A stretch of DNA of 64,000 nt. Source: a phage. Numbering within the stretch: position 1 is the stretch's first letter; each line of letters begins with the position of its first letter. The DNA is taken from assembly GCA_022520065.1 (NCBI GenBank), contig GCA_022520065.1_3942.1; one strand, given 5' to 3'. This document shows, in pieces, positions 50,550 to 59,274 of this stretch. The notes beneath the pieces are model-generated. The model did not search any database and had not been told where the DNA came from. It saw only the letters and a program-made list of their open reading frames with translations. The translations under genes and the position numbers were made by a program.

Positions 50550-50581
50550 TCAATAACTTACAAAAAACTTTTAAAAAAATG

Positions 50582-50600
50582 TTGACAATACCCCTTGACA
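50582..50600 (+). promoter_or_regulatory. tandem TTGACA element (weaker copy of 15666/61883 motif)
   Basis: GTTGACAAtaccccTTGACA. Confidence 0.3.
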
Positions 50601-50678
50601 TTGGTAACTTTGTTCGAGGGGGTTTATCTAAAAGGGATTCACTTAAAAGATTCTTTATAGATAAGCTCAAAAAATTAC

Positions 50679-50708
50679 TTGCAATCAACTATCAAAACAA
50701 GTAAATTA
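50679..50708 (+). promoter_or_regulatory. type-A cassette promoter TTGCAA-N17-TAAATT
   Basis: Followed by degenerate hairpin 50718-50737. Confidence 0.4.
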
Positions 50709-50769
50709 CTAATCAACGGGAAGGCAATAACCTCCCCACTAAATAAAGTCCTAAACTGGAGATTCTAAA

Positions 50770-51300
50770 ATGAACAAATTTCAAGCTATCAACTTCATTC
50801 GTTCAAATGCTGTAATGTCTAAGCCTGTAAAAGATACATACGAATTCCGTTGTAATGGGGTACATTTCGCAACAATCACCAAATCAGAAAACGGGGCTTA
50901 TTACGTTCATCGTCGTAATGTTTCAACCGTTGTAGTCTCTCACTTTATGCAAGCTGTAGCGGAATTATTACCGTTATTCTTAGAGATTTACTTAGATGAG
51001 TGTAAAAACGTTCACAACCACGTTAAAAGCCTTTTAAACGGTTATAAAATGGCTTATGAACGCTCTATCAAGTCCTTAAACAAGTTTTACAATGCACCTG
51101 CAAATACTGTTTCAATGGCTTATGATGTAAACGGTGAGTTAGTTAGTCTCTTTGAAGTGGAAGAAATTAAGCTGTATAATTTACGTCCTAGTGGTTACTC
51201 TAAGACTCTTGGTGAAGGTTTATCCTTTAATATCAAGAACTTAGAAAAAACTTTAAAAGACATTGAAAAAGATATTGACGAGACAATCAAAAGTCTGTAA
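50770..51300 (+). CDS. hypothetical protein (array gene 12)
   Basis: ORF behind type-A cassette. Confidence 0.5.
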   Translation: MNKFQAINFIRSNAVMSKPVKDTYEFRCNGVHFATITKSENGAYYVHRRNVSTVVVSHFMQAVAELLPLFLEIYLDECKNVHNHVKSLLNGYKMAYERSIKSLNKFYNAPANTVSMAYDVNGELVSLFEVEEIKLYNLRPSGYSKTLGEGLSFNIKNLEKTLKDIEKDIDETIKSL

Positions 51301-51303
51301 ATT
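51275..51303 (+). promoter_or_regulatory. type-A cassette promoter TTGACG-N17-TAAATT
   Basis: Lies within 3' end of gene 12; followed by hairpin 51314-51334. Confidence 0.45.
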
Positions 51304-51366
51304 GTCAATCAACGGGGAGGGAATGACCTTCCCCACTAAATAAAGTCCTAAACTGGAGTTATCAAG

Positions 51367-51630
51367 ATGGAAAACGTAGAATTAACCACACTTTTACAAA
51401 TTGCAACCGACAAAGAGAACGTAGCTTTATTTCACCGCATCGAAAGTGATTTGTTCAATGGTGAAATCATCAAAGAGTCTTACGAGGTTGTTGGATTCAA
51501 AGATGGTAAAACATTTGGATTCTTTGACCTCGAAAAAGGCAACGCTGTTACAAAATATGATGTTTTATCTTGTGAGATTCTTACAAGATACAACGAAAAA
51601 AGGCTTGCAACATACGCCAATATGCAGTAA
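51367..51630 (+). CDS. hypothetical small protein (array gene 13)
   Basis: ORF behind type-A cassette. Confidence 0.5.
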   Translation: MENVELTTLLQIATDKENVALFHRIESDLFNGEIIKESYEVVGFKDGKTFGFFDLEKGNAVTKYDVLSCEILTRYNEKRLATYANMQ

Positions 51631-51633
51631 ATT
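51605..51633 (+). promoter_or_regulatory. type-A cassette promoter TTGCAA-N17-TAAATT
   Basis: Followed by hairpin 51644-51661. Confidence 0.4.
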
Positions 51634-51696
51634 ACTAATCAACGGGAGGCGATAACCTCCCCACTAAATAAAACCCTTAAACTAGGAGATTCAAAA

Positions 51697-51945
51697 ATGG
51701 CAACTATCCGCGCTACTGTTAACGAGTTCGGTTTTTCCTCTCTGGATGTTAAATTTGACATTGCAGGCACTGATAACGCCTTTGAAATGGTGAAAGGTCT
51801 TATCAGTCAGACCATCAAAGATTATAATCCTTCGGATGAGTTCTGGGAGGAAACAAAACAAGAAGTTCTCAAGGATGGTTATACTTATCACTATTGGGGA
51901 GAAAAAATCGTCTCCCTGTACTACAACAAACAAGATTATAACTAA
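51697..51945 (+). CDS. hypothetical small protein (array gene 14)
   Basis: ORF behind type-A cassette. Confidence 0.5.
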   Translation: MATIRATVNEFGFSSLDVKFDIAGTDNAFEMVKGLISQTIKDYNPSDEFWEETKQEVLKDGYTYHYWGEKIVSLYYNKQDYN

Positions 51946-51983
51946 TCGACGCAGCGGGGCTAAATAGCCCCAGATACCCTAAC

Positions 51984-52008
51984 AGCCCCTTTAAATAGGG
52001 GCTTTTTT
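51984..52008 (+). terminator. strong intrinsic terminator closing the array
   Basis: AGCCCCT-ttaaat-AGGGGCT followed by TTTTTT; preceded by type-B-like hairpin 51956-51971. Confidence 0.65.
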
Positions 52009-52010
52009 AC

Positions 52011-53590
52011 GTCTATCCAATCCTTATACAATCCCTTTCCCTCACCTTTCCAGAATCTATCCACTGATTCGATAGAACCTATCTCATACCTTAAAAAGCA
52101 ATAACTCTATAGTCTACTCTGTAACCTCTTATCAAATCAACTTAAATAAAAGCCAATAACCCCAGAAAGGGGATGGCCCATTTAAACGCTCTATAAAGCT
52201 CTATAACAGCCTTATCAAACTGACTTAAGGGATTGCATTAACTCACCCTAAAAAGCCCTTTATAAAGCTTCCTAGAGCCTTAAAAGAATCTTATAAGGGT
52301 GTAAGCTTTATCATCTCGTTAGTATTCTTGTGAACTATTAAAAAGGGCTTGGTAGTGTCTTAAAAGTATGTTATAGGGGCTATAAAGTTACTTCAAAGTT
52401 ACGTAAAAGAGGCTATAAAGTTACGTAAATGCTAGCCCCCTTAACATTTTCTTAACAATTTCTTAACAATCCCTACATAGTTATGCTTTTAAGGCACTTG
52501 TTAGCAACTTGTTAGCCCCTTGTTAAATCTCTGTTAAGACCACGTAAAAGCCTTGTAAGAGTCTTTGACATAGCCTTAAAAGCTTCTGTAAAGCTCTATA
52601 AAGAGGTGTCTGTACAGTTGGGGGATAGATACTAGGAAGAGACTTAAAAGAGCTTATAAAGAGCTATAGAGAGCTTTTAAAAGGTATGTTTAAGGAATCA
52701 CTAAGAGGGGAAAGGGAACGATAAGAAAGAGATAGTGACCATGTTAATAGCTTGTTAAAAAGATTAAACACTTGTTAGAAACTTGTTAATTATCTTAACA
52801 AAATAACTCTTAAAAATCAACTTGTTAGCTCTTGTTAGTCATCTGTTAAGGCTCTGTAAAGCCTATGTATCAACTGTTAAGAAACTGTTACACCATTGTT
52901 AGTTCTGTTAAGAAACTGTTAAGACCTTTGAAGAGTTGTTAAGAGCTTGAGAGAGTTGTTAAGAAATTGTTAAGGATATTTTAAAATTTTGCAAAGTACT
53001 TGTAAGGGAGCTGTTAAGGGCTACCAAGCAGATATACATCTTCTACAGATATTTTTGAGTTCCTTCAAAGACCCTAAAAAATGACTTGACAGTCCTATTT
53101 TATAAAAATTTTAAGATTCTGAATAATTACCTATACAGTCTTTTAAAAATACAGGTAGAAACAGGCTTATAAGATACCTTGTTAGTACCGTGTTAGACCT
53201 TGTGAGATAAGGTCTGTAAAGATATTCCTGTTAAGTTTGTTAAAACAGTCTATATAGAGGCTTAGTAGTACCTAGTGAACACCTATAGAGAGTGTCATAG
53301 CTAACCTAGAGATTAAGAGGTGTATAGGAGCTTCTAAGAGGGTATAGAGAGATGGTTAAGATGATTGTATAGGTTGTTTAGAAGGCTTGTTAGAAGAGTG
53401 TTTAGATGGCTATTTAGAAGGGCTATACAGAGGGCTATTAAGACCACTAGATAGTTACTAAGATACTATATAGTACTATATAACTATATATAGAGAGTAA
53501 GATTAAGAAGGTTGTTAAGAAGGGTAGATATTTTGTTCACATATAATGGTGACCCAGAGGTTGGGACAACCGATAAAATTTTATAAAAAT
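52011..53590. repeat. ORF-free island saturated with short degenerate direct repeats (YTGTTARR and related words)
   Basis: No ORF of 60 aa or more on either strand; dense block 52740-52990; tandem 11-mer 52449-52470; TATATA block 53461-53500. Confidence 0.7.
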
Positions 53591-53591
53591 T

Positions 53592-53615
53592 AAAAAGCCC
53601 CCAATTAAGGAGGCT
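53592..53615 (-). terminator. intrinsic terminator for leftward operon
   Basis: On - strand AGCCTCC-ttaatt-GGGGGCT followed by TTTTT; same hairpin design as 17118. Confidence 0.55.
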
Positions 53616-53627
53616 CTTAAGATATTT

Positions 53628-54176
53628 TTAAATCAGTGTTTCCAGAACTGTTTTTAGTGATGACTTGGTTGTCTGATAAAAATGAGTAAAGCCGTTGTTG
53701 TTATCAAATACCTGCATCATGATATCATCTCCCTTGATTGGGTACACTCGGATATCATAGTGAAAACCATTAAAGACACAAGAGCCATTACAGAATGCAC
53801 TAAAGTCATCCACTGAGATATACTCTTCATGTCCTGTGATTTTTATACAGATACCTTTACTCGGTCTCTTAGGATTAATATCTTCCATCACAGACATATT
53901 CTGTCCACCAAGAGATACCATAGTGACCACTTTACGGTTCTTCTGTCTAAAGTACATCTTAACTTTCTGTAAAGTGTCTTCATAGAACGGATAAGACTTC
54001 TCTACAAAGATTCCTTCAAGTGGCTCTTTACCATTTTCAACTTCTCTGTTATGCCGTACTGCAAAGATAATTTGTTCGAACCAGTCAAGATTTTCTTCGG
54101 AGAGTGCTTCCCGAACATCACTCCAATCAAGGACTAGGTAGTTACCTTCAACTTCTTTTAAGTTATCTTTTTCCAT
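53628..54176 (-). CDS. hypothetical protein
   Basis: Track start 54221 is TTG; first ATG at 54176. Confidence 0.45.
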   Translation of the reverse strand: MEKDNLKEVEGNYLVLDWSDVREALSEENLDWFEQIIFAVRHNREVENGKEPLEGIFVEKSYPFYEDTLQKVKMYFRQKNRKVVTMVSLGGQNMSVMEDINPKRPSKGICIKITGHEEYISVDDFSAFCNGSCVFNGFHYDIRVYPIKGDDIMMQVFDNNNGFTHFYQTTKSSLKTVLETLI

Positions 54177-54189
54177 ATCTATCACACCG

Positions 54190-54654
54190 TTATCGTAAAA
54201 CTTGGTAAGCTGGTACTGCAAACTTGTTGCTATTGTTCCTAATAAGGTCTTCTTCTGTTACTAAGAATGTAATCCCACATAAGTGCGTATAGTGGCTGTC
54301 ATACTCGAATATTTTAAGTAAGTATTTACCATCATGATAAACAGATTCTACTACACCTTTTGCAACAATCTTTCCAGTCTTGAAGTCTTTAAGATGGTAT
54401 GTATTACCAACTTTAGGGACTGTTTTCACTTCAGGTTCTTTTAGCTTCTCACTAGCTTCTACATCACCTAGTAAGTTAGAACTTTCAAAAGCTACATGTT
54501 TCATATATGCTTCTGAACATTCCCAGATAAAACAATGTACAAGAACCTTAGCAGCATGTCTTGAGCAATTCAACTCATCACAGATTTCTTTGTACATTTC
54601 ATCTTTAGTTGAATTGGTAAGCATTGCTTTTCGAACTGTTTCTTTAATTTTCAT
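54190..54654 (-). CDS. hypothetical protein
   Basis: 154-aa ORF, ATG start. Confidence 0.5.
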   Translation of the reverse strand: MKIKETVRKAMLTNSTKDEMYKEICDELNCSRHAAKVLVHCFIWECSEAYMKHVAFESSNLLGDVEASEKLKEPEVKTVPKVGNTYHLKDFKTGKIVAKGVVESVYHDGKYLLKIFEYDSHYTHLCGITFLVTEEDLIRNNSNKFAVPAYQVLR

Positions 54655-55072
54655 AAGCTCTCCGAATAACCCTATTAAGCATCTCTAAAGTCAGCTTTCC
54701 AGACTCTAAATGTGGCATAACAAGCTTTAAAGCTTTTTCAACATCATGCACAACATCTATTATACCCTCTTCATAGGCTTCTACAAGGATATCTTTTACG
54801 TTTTGTTGGTTATCTTTTTGTGGTATTGCTAGACGCATATCAAACTCATTTGCTTGAGGGTGGTCACTACCACGCCAGTAACCATCTTTGTTAAAGCTGA
54901 TGTAGTCACCGTGGTAAAAGTGTACACCATTAGCTTTAAACTTCTCCAGCACAAGGCATTGAATTGGGTATTCAGTATTCCACTCCCTGACTCCTATAAC
55001 CTTCACTGTTGCGATGTACTCCTGTGTTTTTACATCTATGATGTCAAGTTCTTGACCAGCTATGATTTGCAT
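54644..55072 (-). CDS. hypothetical protein
   Basis: 142-aa ORF, ATG start. Confidence 0.5.
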   Translation of the reverse strand: MQIIAGQELDIIDVKTQEYIATVKVIGVREWNTEYPIQCLVLEKFKANGVHFYHGDYISFNKDGYWRGSDHPQANEFDMRLAIPQKDNQQNVKDILVEAYEEGIIDVVHDVEKALKLVMPHLESGKLTLEMLNRVIRRAYEN

Positions 55073-55126
55073 ATTCGCTACCTTCTAAGTTTCTACAAAG
55101 GGGCTATCAAGTAACCCCTCAAGTTA

Positions 55127-55351
55127 CTACTCAGGCTTTTCAGTCTTCTTATCGGATTTCTTACTAGTCTTCTTCTCAGCTTTCTGTTCAGGTTCCTTCT
55201 CAGAAGTTGTCTTAATAGCAATATCAAGAAGTTCTGCTAAGTCACTCTTCAGTAGTGTTACAGGCTGCTCATTGTAGAAGTTTTTGTCAAGGTAAACTTT
55301 GAACTCTTCTAAAGAAGGAAATCCAAAAATTGGTACAGGTGTCTTAATCAT
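55127..55351 (-). CDS. hypothetical protein with Lys/Glu-rich tail
   Basis: 74-aa ORF. Confidence 0.4.
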   Translation of the reverse strand: MIKTPVPIFGFPSLEEFKVYLDKNFYNEQPVTLLKSDLAELLDIAIKTTSEKEPEQKAEKKTSKKSDKKTEKPE

Positions 55352-55427
55352 TGCTTAGTCTCTCCATAGGCATCTTTTAAGATTGCCTTGTTAATCATTT
55401 CAGCGATTGCAAAACGAACACATACAG

Positions 55428-55931
55428 CTATAATTGTAGGTTGCATTCTTTACTTACCTCTTCAAGTTTAACCTCAGAATCCTTAAGTCGTTTCTTATGA
55501 ACTCTGAACCTTATTAGTGAGATGATGATACCAGCTAAAGGAACAGCATACAAGTACCAAACATCATATACCTTTGCAGTAATCTGTGTAATTGTCAAAT
55601 CTTGAGCTATGCAGCTAATTGCTGATACTGCCAGTAACATTGCTAAGAAGAACGCCAGCACCATGACAACACTTAGGCAGCCTCTGGCATGGTATTCATG
55701 CTTAATGCACTTATTCTTTTCGTCAACAACCCTGTTGTAGTCGTTTGTAAAGTCTCTGTAGAAAGCTTTCAAGTATTCTTGAGTGTAGCCCTCAAAGCAA
55801 CCTGTACCATACCAATAATCACCACCAAAATGTGCTATGATACCGGTATCTCCATTTGGTTTGGTTACTCTTAGAGAGACGTGATGACCAGTCTTCTGGT
55901 AATCTATCTTATATCTTTCTTCGTAAATCAT
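55428..55931 (-). CDS. membrane protein (two C-terminal TM segments)
   Basis: Start moved to ATG 55929-55931 (ATGA overlap with upstream stop). Confidence 0.45.
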   Translation of the reverse strand: MIYEERYKIDYQKTGHHVSLRVTKPNGDTGIIAHFGGDYWYGTGCFEGYTQEYLKAFYRDFTNDYNRVVDEKNKCIKHEYHARGCLSVVMVLAFFLAMLLAVSAISCIAQDLTITQITAKVYDVWYLYAVPLAGIIISLIRFRVHKKRLKDSEVKLEEVSKECNLQL

Positions 55932-56146
55932 TTTCCAACCCCTCTCAATCTCTTGTTCCATTCAAGGTCAACAAATCTTTGCAGAACTTTTCCTCTAGGA
56001 GTTACACCTTTTAAATCTGCATCGTAACAATGGTAAAAGTCACCTTCAGCGTGTTTACCATAGCATTTTCTGATATTCTGGCTTCTGCGATACTGTTCTA
56101 ACAAGGACAGTTTGTAGTAATCTTCAACTGTAGTTAGTTTTTTCAT
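55928..56146 (-). CDS. hypothetical protein
   Basis: 72-aa ORF. Confidence 0.4.
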   Translation of the reverse strand: MKKLTTVEDYYKLSLLEQYRRSQNIRKCYGKHAEGDFYHCYDADLKGVTPRGKVLQRFVDLEWNKRLRGVGK

Positions 56147-56688
56147 TCTTTCACCATAGCATTTCTGAACTGGCGTTGTGTTTCTCTTGTAATTTCGTTT
56201 GGGGTAAACCCTGCTTTTAGCATATCTCTGAAAAGAACTTCTAAGTGGTCCCTCTCAATGATGTAAATGGCATTCTGAATAGCTGTTTTACGCTCCTTCA
56301 GGTCGCTGCTAATCTCTTCGCACTTGCTTGTAAGTTCTGTGTTAACTTTCTTATAGACTGGCATAACATGTGCATAACAACCTTTATTGGTCTCCATGAA
56401 GAATTTAAAAGATTCCTCAGAGTCCTTTAAAGCAATCCCTATAAAGTTTTTGTAAGCACCTGTGAAAGATAAGGACTCAATCTCAGCAGTCGAGTATACA
56501 GTTCCAGCAAACAGTCTTGCAGAAGTACTAAATGTGTGGTTTGGTGTTGTGTCAAAGTCTAAGTTCTTCAGTGGTCGAAAATAAACTGTTCCATTGTGTG
56601 AGATGTGTGTTACAACAGCCTCAACACTCTTTGAAGGATTCTGTTTAACATACAAAATAATTTTATCGTGTTCTTTCACTTTAGCCAT
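56143..56688 (-). CDS. hypothetical protein
   Basis: 181-aa ORF. Confidence 0.5.
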   Translation of the reverse strand: MAKVKEHDKIILYVKQNPSKSVEAVVTHISHNGTVYFRPLKNLDFDTTPNHTFSTSARLFAGTVYSTAEIESLSFTGAYKNFIGIALKDSEESFKFFMETNKGCYAHVMPVYKKVNTELTSKCEEISSDLKERKTAIQNAIYIIERDHLEVLFRDMLKAGFTPNEITRETQRQFRNAMVKE

Positions 56689-56760
56689 ATCTATTCTCCA
56701 GAAACTAAAAAGGGAACTACCTCTCGATAGCTCCCATCATAATCAATATTGTATACTCGG

Positions 56761-57342
56761 TCAAGAGTATTTTTTAGGCAGCAATGCACTGCGCTTGTTA
56801 CTCTCTTCACTCAATAGTGCAATGAAATCATCACTTTTACCTTTCCACGGGCTGAATGAAGGGATATGTTCGCGGATAGCCTCAATCACTGTTTTAAGTG
56901 CTGTGTTCTTCATCCACCAATCAGAATCTGCTGATGCTACCACGTAGTATCCACCGTCATCAGTTAAAATTGGCTCTGAAATACATGGTGAAATCAAAGT
57001 GGTGATGATTGAACCGTTGTTCATGTAGTATGTGCGCTTCATAACCTTTTCAAGAAGCTTGTGAAGGTCACCAAACAGTGTTACAAGTTCTTTGTGGTCA
57101 ATGTCTTTTTCGAGGTTTGCTCGATACTTCAATAGTGCAGCATCAACCTCTCTATCATTGAACTTGAAGTATTGAACTTCTTCAACAAGGCAAACACTGA
57201 TGTTGTTAACATTCATAGTCAACTTACAAACTTTTACAGGAGAGTTGATGTTTGGTTGAAAAAGTGCAATACACCCTTCAATATTTCCAAAATGTTGTAC
57301 CAATGTTACTTGTGGAGTGATATTCTGTTGCTCTTCGGACAT
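56761..57342 (-). CDS. hypothetical protein
   Basis: 193-aa ORF. Confidence 0.5.
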   Translation of the reverse strand: MSEEQQNITPQVTLVQHFGNIEGCIALFQPNINSPVKVCKLTMNVNNISVCLVEEVQYFKFNDREVDAALLKYRANLEKDIDHKELVTLFGDLHKLLEKVMKRTYYMNNGSIITTLISPCISEPILTDDGGYYVVASADSDWWMKNTALKTVIEAIREHIPSFSPWKGKSDDFIALLSEESNKRSALLPKKYS

Positions 57343-57686
57343 TACAGTTTCCTCATTAAATACTTTTTAAGTTGTGTGTTAGGTTTCTCAAAAACTTCTA
57401 TAGAAGATATCTTGACAGATTCACCTCGCATACCAGTATGTTTGAATATGTAATACTCTAACATCCCTATGTACTTTGCTGGTAAGTCATGCTTGACATA
57501 TACCGTTACAGAATCTTCAAATTCGACAACCTTCGTACCATCTTTGTAGTTAAACTCTTTAGGATGGTTGTAGTTATCTATGTCGTACATTAAAAAGAGT
57601 CTTTTACGTTGTAAGTCAAGCTTATTTGTTAAAGACTCTTTGATATCTGAGAAGTTTTTGTACACTGTGACATGGAGCTTACTCAT
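57342..57686 (-). CDS. hypothetical protein
   Basis: 114-aa ORF. Confidence 0.5.
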   Translation of the reverse strand: MSKLHVTVYKNFSDIKESLTNKLDLQRKRLFLMYDIDNYNHPKEFNYKDGTKVVEFEDSVTVYVKHDLPAKYIGMLEYYIFKHTGMRGESVKISSIEVFEKPNTQLKKYLMRKL

Positions 57687-57972
57687 CGTTAAACTCTCTG
57701 ACGAAGAAATAGTTGACTTTGTTATTACCTACCATAAGGTCAAAGCAGGTATTTTCAAAAGGCTTGTTGTAGGCATCATATGAAACATATGGGTCAGCTA
57801 CTTGCTTAGTGCTTAACTTCTTACTTGATGGGTTTAAGAGGCCACCATACAGCTTCTTGATAGCCTCTTCTACAACAGACCAGATAATTTCGTCAGTAAT
57901 TTCTTCGTACAGGTCAAGTTCACGCTCTAGTGAGAAGTCACAAATAGGGAAAACAACCTGTACTTTACTCAT
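57679..57972 (-). CDS. hypothetical protein
   Basis: 97-aa ORF. Confidence 0.45.
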   Translation of the reverse strand: MSKVQVVFPICDFSLERELDLYEEITDEIIWSVVEEAIKKLYGGLLNPSSKKLSTKQVADPYVSYDAYNKPFENTCFDLMVGNNKVNYFFVREFNDE

Positions 57973-58367
57973 TAACGAATAACCTGTGAGACTTGAATTG
58001 CTTCAGTTACTGACAAATCACCCACTTTTTCTTCTTTGATAAAAGTGAATGTGAGTTCAACAGGCTCTTGCTCTTCTTGCTCAACTGGAATGCCATTAAG
58101 CTCATCAAAGATTGACTGAGTTGTCCAGTCTTCTCCACCATCTGGGTAGTGGATTGCGTAGAGAGGGAACTCTAAATTATACCAAGCAAAAACAGGACAA
58201 CCATCGGCATCATCTCGGCATCTGTGGAGATATGTGTTTGTACCTTCAAAATGCAAATGAAGATTGCCATTCTTCTCAAAGAGAAGAGCATCTTGCAGGT
58301 CTAGTTCCTCATTTTCGCTGTAACGACTGACATCAACTTTAACGTGGATATGACTGTTATTATTCAT
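57972..58367 (-). CDS. hypothetical acidic protein
   Basis: 131-aa ORF. Confidence 0.5.
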   Translation of the reverse strand: MNNNSHIHVKVDVSRYSENEELDLQDALLFEKNGNLHLHFEGTNTYLHRCRDDADGCPVFAWYNLEFPLYAIHYPDGGEDWTTQSIFDELNGIPVEQEEQEPVELTFTFIKEEKVGDLSVTEAIQVSQVIR

Positions 58368-58758
58368 AAAAACCTCTCTCTGCTTGTTCGATTTTTGCTC
58401 TTAAAGCTTCGCAATGTTGTAAATGATAGTTAGCCTCTTGTTCATGTGTTGCTAACTGCCTTTCCAGAACAGTTTTATAATAACTTGCGAGTTGCTCTTT
58501 TGTCAATGGGTGCTCTGAAATAATATCAAGTCCACTTTCGCCAAGAGGGTTGAATTGTCCATGTTCGTTGACATTGTAAGTCTCAAACTTGAACAGACCA
58601 TTGTTCACAGACTCAATAGGTGACAGTTCAACAAGCTCTACAGTAAACCGTGTATATACCTTGTCACCTCTTGAAACCACATTGTTCCCGACAATGCGTA
58701 CAAGCGAGCCATTACGAGTGTACTTAAAAGTTCCAAAGTCACTAGCCCAAAGTTTCAT
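58360..58758 (-). CDS. hypothetical protein
   Basis: 132-aa ORF. Confidence 0.5.
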   Translation of the reverse strand: MKLWASDFGTFKYTRNGSLVRIVGNNVVSRGDKVYTRFTVELVELSPIESVNNGLFKFETYNVNEHGQFNPLGESGLDIISEHPLTKEQLASYYKTVLERQLATHEQEANYHLQHCEALRAKIEQAERGFYE

Positions 58759-58775
58759 AGTTTTCTCCTTAGAAA

Positions 58776-58799
58776 ATAAAAAAGGCTCCCGAAGGAGCC
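58776..58799 (-). terminator. intrinsic terminator after endolysin gene
   Basis: On - strand GGCTCC-ttcg-GGAGCC followed by TTTTTT. Confidence 0.6.
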
Positions 58800-58809
58800 T
58801 ATGAAGATA

Positions 58810-59274
58810 TTACTTTGGGTATACACTGTCAAGATAAATGTCAGCTTCCATTCTACGTCTGTTTTTCAGTCCGTTTGAAGTGACCTTCTTACCTTTGACT
58901 GTAACCTTGTTCCACCACTGCATAGCTTCTGCACAACCTACCTTATTACCAGCATTGTGGCGCTTGATAAATGTGGAATCCTGCATAGCCGTGATACCAA
59001 TGTTGTATGTTTCACTTACAAGTGCGTCAAACTCATTCTGAGAAGTTGGAACCTTGATGGCTTTGTTCACTGCTGCAACGAACCTTTCAACATCTGCGAG
59101 AAGATACTGTTCAGCTTGTTCAGCGGTAATCTTCATACCCATCTTAACAGGTTTACCAGCAATACTGATAGTCCCATACCCAATTGTGGGGATTCCAGCA
59201 GAATCTTCGTAAGCCTCCAGCTTCAGACCTTCAAAGAACTTAATAGCCTCTAAACCTTTTCTTGAGAGTTGCAT
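58810..59274 (-). CDS. endolysin, GH24 phage lysozyme
   Basis: N-terminal FEGLKLEAYEDSAGIPTIGYG lysozyme signature. Confidence 0.8.
   Translation of the reverse strand: MQLSRKGLEAIKFFEGLKLEAYEDSAGIPTIGYGTISIAGKPVKMGMKITAEQAEQYLLADVERFVAAVNKAIKVPTSQNEFDALVSETYNIGITAMQDSTFIKRHNAGNKVGCAEAMQWWNKVTVKGKKVTSNGLKNRRRMEADIYLDSVYPK

Noticed and set aside
52011-53590. Possible CRISPR array in the repeat island
   Set aside because: Repeats are 8-14 bp, degenerate and irregularly spaced; there are no 25-40-bp identical repeats with unique spacers.
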